Shown one piece after another: positions 53,807-64,000 of a stretch of 64,000 bases of DNA. Each line of letters opens with the position of its first letter. The stretch's first letter is position 1. The translations under genes and the position numbers were made by a program. Source of the DNA: Phoronis australis (Eukaryota; Animalia; Phoronida); NCBI GenBank assembly GCA_002633005.1, contig NMRA01000463.1:248001-312000 (forward strand). Reading direction: 5' to 3'. The notes under the pieces were generated by a model, which saw nothing but the letters and a program-made list of their open reading frames with translations, had not been told where the DNA came from and ran no database searches.

Positions 53807-56382
53807 GCTGACGTACAGAGTTATTTACCCTCGACCATAGATTCAAGTGTAGAAAGTTTAATGGAAGCCATTAAATTATGTGCTGCAGACATGTTAAAAC
53901 CAAAAGTGAACATATCTTATAACCCAGTTAGTTTTCCCAAATGGTTTGACACTGAGTGTAGGGAAATGAGAGCTGTCGTTAGGCAAAAATTAAGTAATTT
54001 TAGATTCAGTATTGGAACACTGAGAGAAAACATTTGCCGAACTCTATATGTACAAGCTAGAAGGGATTATGGAAACTTAAAAAAAGTGAAAAAGATAGAG
54101 TGTAACAGAAAACATTACAAAACTTTGAAATCAGCTGTGGAGAGTAAAGACAGTAAAAAATTCTGGCGCGCATTTAATATTAAGAAGAAAGGTGTATCAA
54201 CGAATATTAAACCGGAGGAATGGATAAATTATTTCAGCTCTCTGTTCGAAGGCCAATATTTTGTTACTAATCCGGAGTTCGCTGAGTTTCATGCTTTTAT
54301 TGAGAACTCAGTAAAAAATGACATCAATTCAAGTAATGCAGTTGTTGATATGGAGTTGGACGCTGAAATCACAAAAGACGAAATTATACAAACCATCGGT
54401 AGTATGAAAGATGGAACTTCGCCAGGATGTGATAAAATTAGCATTGAGTTCTACAAGTATGCTGATAAAAAGTTGGTAGATTCGCTGTTCCAGCTTTACA
54501 ACTACTTTTTTAAAAATGGTGTGTTTCCAAAAGAATGGACAAAATCCATTATAGTACCGATATTTAAGGGCGGTACCAAAATTCCTGAAAATTTCAGAGG
54601 AATATCCCTCATGCAAGTCACGGCCAAAATATTCGAAAAAATATTGTGCCAGCGACTTCAAAAATGGTCGGAAAGAGAAAACGTAATTAGTATGTCTCAA
54701 GCTGCGTTTAGGAAAGGACACAGTACGGTGGATCACATGTTTGCTTTATATACGTTAATAATTAAATATTTGACACGAGATAAAGGTAGATTCTATTGTG
54801 CTTTCGTGGATTTTAAGGCAGCTTATGACAGTATATATAGAAGCGCATTGTATTTTAAATTAAGAAACAATCGCATAGAAGGTAAGATGTATAAGATAAT
54901 AAAAGCAATGTACGCTGAAGTAAAAGCGTGCGTGAAAATGAGTAACGGAAGCTACACGGAGTTCTTTGATTGTCATAATGGTCTAAAACAAGGCTCTCAG
55001 CTATCACCGTTTTTGTTTATTTTATTTATAAACGATCTCGAACAAGAATTAGAATCCGGGGGAGGTGAAACAATTTCCATGGGATCAGCTGAATTATTGC
55101 ATCTGCTGTTTGCTGATGATTTGGTTTTATTTTCTTATAGTGTGAAAGGACTGCAGAAAAAATTGAACATTTTATATGAGTATAGTCAGAAATGGAAATT
55201 GATTGTTAACATGTCGAAGACTAAGATAATTGTTTTCAGAAAACGTGGAATGTTACGATCGTATGAAAAATGGACGTATGATGGGAATACTGTTAATATT
55301 GTAAATGCATACAAATATCTAGTATTAATATTTACTACGAAAGGTTTGTGGTCTTGCGCACAGAAAACTCTATCATTACAGGCTACTAAGGCAGTGAATT
55401 TAATGAGAAAAATGTCAATGGTTTTAATGCACTCCCTGTTAAAGTTAGATTAAAATTATTCGATTGTAAAATATTGCCGATACTTCATTATGGTTGTGAG
55501 ATCTGGGGTTTTCGTGATTACGAATGTATAGAAATAGTCCACAGAAAATTTTGTAAAGAAATTTTGAATTTGCCTAGCACGGCAATTTCATCGACTGCTA
55601 GAGGTGATTGCTTACCGACTTCCTAGGATTATGAAATATTGGTTAAAACTATTGAGAACCGATGAGTCAAAAATTACATATCATTGGTATGAATGGCAGT
55701 ACAATATGACGGAAAATCTTAATAAACCGTGCTGGGTTAATGATGTTAAGAAATTGCTATTTCAGTTTGGTTTTGGAGAGGCATGGTATAATCAGGGTGT
55801 AGGTTCCGAGACAAGCTTCATATCACTTTTTAAACAAAGATGAAAAGATATTGATCAGCAAAAATGGCAAGATATTTTGAACAATTCGATTAAGCTGGAA
55901 AATTACAGAACTTTTAAGTTAAATATATGTTTTGAAAACTATTTGGATGTAATTGACAATGTAAATGTTAGATCTGATATGGTAAGATTGAGATGTTCAG
56001 CGCATGCACTAATGATCGAAAAGGGTAGACACTTGAAACTTAGCACAACAGAAAGGTTATGCTCTCTCTGTGTTAGGACATATGTCGAGTCAGAATATCA
56101 TTTTGTTATCGAATGCCCATTCTACGATGACCTAAGGAAACGATATTTGCCTGCATGGAGCTACAACAACCCCAATGTTACAAAATTCAACAGACGCATG
56201 ACTGTGGAGGAAAAAGATCTGATATGGTCAACATGTAAATATGTTCATTTTGCATTCGAGCGAAGAAGAATTCTGTTTACTTCTAGTGTTTGACACTAAC
56301 CTTTATTGTATTTGATGATTTGATTGTAACAAGGGCCGGAGGCCTAGTTATTGAATAAATATACTATACTATACTGTATACT
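53807..56382 (+). mobile_element. 5'-truncated non-LTR retrotransposon (RT ORF2, RTE-X-like by recollection) with disablements
   Basis: RT motifs ENFRGISL, FVDFKAAYDS, GLKQGSQLSPFLF and LLFADD; C-terminal CSLC...ESEYHFVIEC; frameshift ~55430, break ~55600, stop 55841; AATAAA at 56354 followed by a (TATAC)n tail; no endonuclease domain. Confidence 0.92.
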
Positions 56383-57670
56383 ATGCAGAATCGGTTAAAC
56401 GCACGACACTTTTCATTGTTCACAGTCGTATTGAGTAATTGGTGTGCAAGGTGGCAAATGTCTGTAAATTTTTCCAAGACTGATGTGGTTCATTCTCGCA
56501 AGAGGGGACAGGTAAGAACGAGTTTTGAATTCATTTTGTGCGATCGCATTTTGAATTTAAAAGAATTTTATAAGTATTTGGGTGTAACTCTGAATGAGTT
56601 TATGGATTTCAGTTTGACAGCTGAGGTACTGGCAGACTCCACGTCCAGAGCGTTGGGAGCTCTGGTGAGCAAGTACAAACATATTGGTAACATGGGTTTC
56701 AACAGTTACAGTAAATGTTTTGAAATGACCGTAGCTTCAATTCTAGAATATGGATCTGGAATTAGGGATACTTTCAATACTCCAAATGTGAAATGATCAG
56801 AACGAGAGCACTACGTATATTTTAGGGGTCCACAAGTATGCTGCCAATGCAGTACTTTATGGCGACTCGGGTTGGCCAAATTCACACTACAAACAACAGG
56901 AAAATATGCTACGGCTCTGGAATCGTTTAGTTCTAATGGATGAAAGCAGAATTGCAAAAAAAATCTTTTTATGGGACCTTAAACATCGTAACTCCTGCAA
57001 CTGGTCAAATTCAACATTTAAAATTATGGAGAAGTGCGACTTTTTAGAAAATTTCAGGAACAGACAAGTTGTGTCTCTTGAAAACTTCAGAACATTCAGG
57101 TTCCAGTTAGAGGAGTTAAATTGGTTAAAAATAATCACTGAGAAACCAAAACTGCACTTATACATGTATAGATCTATTAAGAATGACTATTGTGTAGAAG
57201 AGTATTTACGTCTGCCGGTGTCTCAGAGGTCCGTCGTAGCTCGATTGAGAGCAGGTATTCTACCATTAGAGGTTGAGGTGGGGCGGTACTTCGGAATTCC
57301 TGTGAATAAACGGATTTGTCGTGTTTGTAAAAAAGGAATTGAAGATGAAGTTCATTTCATTTTTGATTGTGAAAAATATACTCACATTCGACCATATTTT
57401 TAGGGCGTTCTTCCCTACCTCAAATATTCCAAAATAACTTGAAAGGTCTAGCGAAATTCATTCAAGACGCTTTTCAGGTTAGAAGTAATTGTTTGTTTAT
57501 AAACTAGTCTGAAGTGGTCATATTTGAGCTTGTGCAATTTGTTATGTAATGATTTAATAATTATTAGGTGACTGAGTAAGCCCGTTGAGGCTGGGGGTGT
57601 GGTGAATGATCTGTCTTTAATATTGTATTTACTGGTACCCTGATCTCACTATAATAAATAAATACATACA
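56383..57670 (+). mobile_element. 3' fragment of a second, related LINE family
   Basis: WCARWQMSVNFSKT, YKYLGV, SILEYGSGI, LEVEVGRY...RICRVC..IEDEVHFIFDC; ends AATAAATAAATACATACA. Confidence 0.88.
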
Positions 57671-59265
57671 ACTGGGGGAACTGTTGTAAATAAGCCCACT
57701 CTGACCCTGGCAAGAATCAGCTGCCACTTTCAGTTTCAGCACTGTCACTGAACGGGACTGGATCGGTGACTTTAACATATCTCAAATGGCTTGCTATGGA
57801 CTAGGTGCAATCAGTTAGTGCTTCAATTGCTAGCTGCATGGTTTCGATATTCCTTTGAAGCTCCATAAACCAGATTTGAAGGATTATGCCTACGAACACA
57901 CTATATTAACTACTTCCACCACCTCATCAGCCATATTTTCTTCAGCGATATCAGAGACACCTGAAGGGCTCTTCATCCAAATGGCAATTCACAGTGTAAA
58001 AAAAACTAAAAAAATATTTTCATTGAATTTTGTTTGCTAAGAAATAACCCCAATAATTTAACAACCATTTGAGCACTTTTAAATCTCAAAACTCAGCATT
58101 TTCTATGACTAATAGCTATTCTCACAAGTGCTCACTTTGGCTGAGGTGGCTGCGAACAATTGCTCATTGCTATATAGAGACATGTGTGAGCCGGTGGTTT
58201 TGATGCCAAATATCTATTCCACTAAGATAGATCAAACCCACAAATAAGTTTCGAAGTGTAAAATGTGGCTTCAGCTGAGATTGACTCATTCAAACCTGGG
58301 CAAGTTATCCGTGTTTTCTGCTTGTATGACCCAATGACCCTTCCAACCCGTAATGTGGAATTTAAGGTGCAACTTAACACTTTTATTTTTCATTTTACGA
58401 AGACAATGGATGACTTTATACGAAACAGTAGCTATTTCCTTTTCTAGTAGCTTCTGTGATTACTTACAATGTCACAAAAACTGTGATTATTGGGGTAAGT
58501 TCTGATAGTGATTTTCAGTGAAAACTGAGGTACCCGACTTTTAAACTACCTAACGCGATAGAATTTGTTTAAAGTGCATTTTAGTAATTACCACAAGAAA
58601 GTAAACAAAAATGCATAATATGATCCAAATCCGTCACATAGGGTTTATAACCCCTGTAGGGATTTTTGCCTGGTCTGAAGTGTACTGCACTCTTAAAAAC
58701 AAATCCCTGGACTAGCGCTCGACTGGATTTGGAATCTAGCAGATGCCGAGACAAAGGCGTCCAGACAAGTGAAACTCCGGAGTCCAAATGAGACATGCGT
58801 TCACTATAGACAAAGGTCTGAAACGTACAGGTACGTATCTTAGAACAAGTATAACTGTGTTTAACTTTGGAGTAATCCAGCAACATTGCTAAGATTAGCT
58901 ACAAGTGTGGCCGTCCACATACATGTAGGTTACATGAAATACATCACTTTTCAGCTTAGGGAATGCCCGAAAAAAGAAGGGGTATTCTCCTCGAGCTTTA
59001 TAACGGCTTTCAGAATTTTTGAGCCCTCTACTAAAGCTTTACCGACAACGTGTTGTTTGGCGGCTTTGGAACTCAGACGAAGGTGTGTCAAGAATGCGGA
59101 TTTCTGATTGGCCAGTATGCTGTCAGTCATAATCTTGGCGATAGGTCAATTAGGGAAAACATCTGGGGCACGGATCCGGGATGTAACGACCCATTGTATT
59201 TTTAAATTTAACTAGACTGGATGAGAGTTTCGTGAGAGGAGTTGACCGATGATAAAATCTTTCAT

Positions 59266-62178
59266 GGATGTCAACCAACAAGTTAGGTGAACATCTTTCC
59301 TGGATGACAATCAACAATCACTCGCCATCTTGTGGTTGGTAGACATCCAACATAGCTTCGTAAAGATGTAAAGAGATAGATATTTGGTTAGTTGGTTGAC
59401 ATCCAAGATCTAATGGCTGCTCCACCTGGGCTGAGTTGCATAAAACTTTAACAGTTAGCCGCTGGATAAATTTGATTGTTGCATGACGTCAGGTGCATTG
59501 TTCAACAATAACAACGTGACGCGTGATAATTCTACGTCATTGTTGCTATACGGCGTATAACTTTTTTGCAACTGGGCCCAGGTGGACAAAGGATCACTGG
59601 CAAGTACAGTTATGATTTAGCTAGTCGGTTGTCATCTAACATCCAATAGCTGCTCCACCTGGTAGACAATCAATCTCTGGCAGATACAGCTAACATGTAC
59701 ACTGTAGATACTAGGTGGTTGACATTGAACATTCAATAGCTGCCCCACCTGGTGGACAAACGATCACTGACACACACACCTAGGATGTAGATAGTTGATT
59801 GACATCCAAAACCCAATTGCTGCTATACCTGCTGGTCTAATTATGAAGCTTTACAAAGGGACATATACTTGGTTAACATCCAACATCCAATAGCTGTTCC
59901 ACATGGTAGGCAAACGATCACTGGCAGATACAGCTAACATGTAGTTAGTAGTGATGGCACTACCCTGAAAATGTTGACGATAACAGTGGCACCTGATGAT
60001 AACTTCGGTTCGACCTAAGTTAACCGTTCATGCTGCATCGCAGCGTCGACGCTGCGCTTTTAAATCCACATGTTAGCTGCAATGTTAACTGGAGCTGTTA
60101 ACTTCGGTCCACCACCGGAGTTAAGCGCTCATACTGATCGCAACTACCTAAACCATCGACACGTCGACGTTAGTGTGAAAAGCCCTACAACCTGCATTTT
60201 TTCAGCTGACTACCGTGGTGTTTGCTTTAAACGATAATTGTTTGTTAATGTATTTGGAAAATTTGCCTTTATATACAGGCAGAGATATTTACTACGGTTT
60301 AGGTATCGGGTAATTGCACTTAATAGCTCACTTGCGAGTTTGTCGTTAGTCCACGTGACGTCACCGGAAAAGGGGCAAAACCCGCCATATTGCTCTTGTT
60401 TTGCCCCGAGCCTTTGCTACACACGCTAAATCTTACTAGAGTTTTTATGGTGAATTTTACGCTTAAAACCTTAACACAACTTAAGAGATGGTAGATGGAT
60501 CGTGGAATAAGTGTGAATGGACGGAGAAAATGTGAACTTCATATGTTGTGCGAAGCTGTGAACGGACTGAAACTGGAACTCAACCCGGGCAAGGCCTGAA
60601 TGCCAGAGACATACAGGGGCGATAGTGTATCCCCATAAAAAGTTACTCACTTCAAAATACAGCAAATAAAATGCAATGAAACATAAATATATGCACATGG
60701 AGCTATAATTAACGCATACCCTGACTATGGACACAATTTAGTCTGCAGATAACTTGAACATATCCATGAAACTCGGGGTTCGCTCGTGCTTCTCTGACTG
60801 GGCTCCATTTTGAGGAAGTTACGCGAAATCATGCCTGTTGACGAACAAAAAGTCCAAGGGACACAAATCTTACAAATTTCATTTAATATTTGCTCATGCT
60901 ATTTTGCAACTGTCACGCGCCAGGTCTCGAGCTTCGCTCAGTCTCGCACTAGTCTTTGCCTCAAACTCCCCTGACTCAGTTGAAATACTTTGTGGTTATC
61001 GCGCGCGCGGTCAAAGTTAACAGTAACAACAAAGTGGAGTTAGAATTCTTCGCCAAAGTCACCTGAATTCCGGTGGCTATGCTTCATCGAAGATATGTTT
61101 GGAAGCAGAAAGGATCACTGAAGAAAGTAAGCGCCTTTCTAGGTGATAATTTTAAGTGTAGAATGTATTTTTGACGAGGTGAAAACTTAATCAGTGAGTG
61201 GATTTCGCCTACCGCCCGTTTTAAATACACGGGACGAAATTAGTACAGAACGCTATGTAACGTATAGTAGTGCGAATCTGAATTTCATTTGCCATAACAG
61301 CAATGCTTGTTTGGCATTTTTCGAACTAAACGGCTAAAAACTCGAAGAAAATAACATAATACATTCTGTTACCGTATTGGGCAAATGGCCTAACGACAAG
61401 CTTTTGCCCCACTTCCCGTGACGTCACAGTTAAGTCTCACATAATCTCTCGTTATTGTTATAAACTCGCAAAAGGACTATTGGGTCTTTCTGCTATACAG
61501 GACAATGCCGTTATCACAACTGTAGTTTTCATTCACTGTCAATTATTACATAACTGTACATGTATGTCTATTTGTGTTTATAGATTCAATCATGCATTGA
61601 TAGTTTAAGCAGTCTAAGTGACACAATGTTTGTAAACAGAAAGTCAATTTGCCTGTAGTAAAATGGCCCTACACAATAGACTAGGTTGGGTGGGCTAACT
61701 AAATAATAATCTGTACTGTAAACACTCATAAGAGGATAAGTGAACCACTGATACCAAGGGAATTACACATGCATTTGTAACACCAGTGACAAAAAAAATG
61801 AATAGCTTTAAGATTTGACCTCCAGATGGGGTAGCTATTGGAGGTTGGATGTCAAGCAACTAAGCAGCTGACCATCCATTTGGATAGCAATAAGATTTGA
61901 CCACCAGGTGGGGAAGCGATTGGATGTTGGATGTCAACCAACTAACAAGCTGCCTCTCCCTTTGGACAGCTTCAATATTTGACCCCGAGGTGGGGCAGCT
62001 ATTGGATGTTGGATGTCAATCAACTAGCAAGCTGCCTCTCCCTTTGGACAGTTTCAATATTTGACCACCAGCTATCGGATGTCAACCAACTAACCAACTG
62101 TTTCTTGGGGTAGTTTTACTATTTGACCACAAGGTGTGGTAGAAGTTACGAGTACACCTAATTAGTCGGTTGACATCC
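59266..62178. mobile_element. Foldback-like element: inverted arms built from ~70-80-bp tandem repeats
   Basis: Left arm (~59266-59945) repeats GGTTGACATCCAACATCCAATAGCTGC(C/T)CCACCTGGTGGACAAA; right arm (~61810-62178) repeats its reverse complement; the outer ends GGATGTCAACC..TTAGGTG / CACCTAA..GGTTGACATCC also pair. Confidence 0.7.
59429..59578. mobile_element. 150-bp MITE nested in the left foldback arm (CWG target, PIF/Harbinger-like)
   Basis: CTG|GGCTGAGTTGCATAAAA ... TTTTTTGCAACTGGGCC|CAG interrupts a CCAC-CTG-GTGGACAAA repeat unit. Confidence 0.7.
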
Positions 62179-62619
62179 GTTTTATGTTCTGATATGTATG
62201 GAGCAGTTCGCATGGTGAGAATGGGGTGTAGCAGCCTTGAAAGTTATGTTGAACTGTGAGATGATGCGAACTTGACATGGATTTGATGAATATATCGTGG
62301 TTCATGATTCTTCGCTGAAACAGCTTGGGACCGGTTCTGTCGTACTGGTGTTGTAAACAAAATGTCAAGGCGTGTTTTCAACGATGTGTGTGTAAACGAA
62401 CTGGTTGACAATTCATCAACAGACCTAATTCATATTCTTTTGACATTCAAGTACGTACACACTTCCACGTAGTAGAAAGTCATGGTGGCAATCTCGCTTG
62501 CGCATGAAATTACTCGGGGGTTGTTTTCGTTATGTGTGCTGCAACCGAAGTTTCTCTTACTTTTGCATGTAATACTATAACAATTACTCCTGAGAAAGAA
62601 AAATGGACATTTTCTGAGT

Positions 62620-62697
62620 AGTGGACTTTCGGATCAGTGAACTTTCGATGTAGTGAACTTTCGGACTAGGGAACCTTCAGAATAACGTGCTGTTCCC
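62620..62697. repeat. Short ~15-bp tandem repeat (AGTGAACTTTCGGA.C/T), about 4 units, probably a transposon subterminus
   Basis: GTGGACTTTCGGATCA GTGAACTTTCGATGTA GTGAACTTTCGGACTA GGGAACCTTCAGAATA. Confidence 0.6.
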
Positions 62698-64000
62698 ATT
62701 TTCAGCGATTCAAGCAATGAGTAAATCCCAAAAACACAATCACATGGAAACTCATGTCAAGTCATTATCCAACTAAACATTTCCGTTCGAGTATATAATG
62801 AGGTGTAATCACTCACTTAAATACCCTTGGTTTGACACTTTGACAGGAGGTAACGTGAGAATGTTCTAGTTATGGACCACATAAAACCGACTTCGAGTCA
62901 TGTTCCTTGCGAGTAACCGCCACGGCATTTTTATTTTTGGTATTATAAATTCATTACTAATTCAGGACGTAGAACTGAGAGCAGTCGTTGTCTTGCCTAC
63001 AATTTTTCCGTCTCCATGAAATCTCTAGTGTCGAAATTTGCAAAATATCAAAGGTCACCTTTCATGAAATTCCAACCAACCCCCGCACAATGATGGCAAC
63101 GTGCCAGCTTTAGCTTCCCCGACATTTATCTTATAGCTGTCAAAGCACAACTGACACGCACTGGCTTTGGGAGCGATATCACCAAGTTCATGAATATTTC
63201 CTGGGGTTATAGACTTATCCACTTTTGACGAAGACAATTGCTTATCATTTGGCTTCTGCCAGTTTTCATTACGATGTGCTTTAACACTCAGACTTTTTTC
63301 CGTGGAAAATTTTGTATTTGATTCCCCAAACCTTAACAATGTCGTTCCAGTACTTGTACCTCATTTTTATGATGCTGTCGAGGGTAACAATGCTGTCACC
63401 TTCAAAAACAGTAAGAACGCTATAGTGTCTAAGGGGAATTTCCCATCTGCTATCACCCCACTAAACTTGAACCAGGTGTTTGACATCTTTGTTGTTCTCA
63501 GGGCGTCACTCATTTATTTTATGGCACCATATTCTGATTATAAATCCGTCTCTATATCCGTTTTGCACGTTTTTGCTCGGTATATTCCTCATCTTTGATT
63601 TCTCGTTCTGCATTCGACGTCTACATAACTAGACTCTTGTGATCAAACACCTTTCCTCGCAGCCTTCCTCCAAAACTGTATTGGGAATTTCCCCATACAT
63701 GTATATTTTTACTCTGAAACAATCCAAACCGCTGTGTGCATGCAATGTTAGATACCTAATCCTTAGTACTTGATCACCGTGATCAGCGATGAGGTGGCCA
63801 ATTACTTCAGCAAGTTATCTGTGCGAAAAAAGAAGTAACAGCACCTGGAGATAGTTGATTGGAAGATTTTGTAAAACGTTATTTTTTACATAGATTTCAC
63901 TCCGTCCAATACGATTAATGTCACATCAACGACTATACTCCTTATGACCAGTCCAAACAAGTACTAGTCCCCACACAATGACATAGTACGGACACGGATT

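Noticed and set aside
59330-59945. CRISPR-like repeat-spacer array
   Set aside because: The units are degenerate, the inter-repeat parts resemble each other, an inverted mirror array exists, the context is eukaryotic and there are no cas genes.

Overview
AT-rich, intron-containing eukaryotic (animal, probably marine invertebrate) genomic DNA with two assembly gaps; the ORF track is mostly noise. I traced by hand a 17-exon + strand gene (6263-40555, every junction GT-AG and phase-consistent, 718 codons plus stop; 5' prepro exons not found). It encodes an astacin (M12A) zinc metalloprotease with the layout astacin-EGF-CUB-Thr/Pro linker-MAM-MAM. A tandem paralog starts downstream (about 48.4-51.9 kb). 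It has an apparent 1-nt frameshift, and its HExxH exon is absent from the remaining 12 kb. Introns and intergenic DNA are packed with mobile DNA: a solo LTR with a 5-bp TSD, a decayed Gypsy element, Helentron-like elements, a TA-flanked long-TIR element, MITEs, a SINE head, an L1/Tx1 remnant, two back-to-back LINEs and a foldback element. The most notable non-obvious signals are a three-gene Polinton/Maverick (adintovirus-like) fossil between the two astacin genes and a strong excess of TACATGTA, which matches the Tc1/mariner excision footprint. All calls are by eye; no searches were run.
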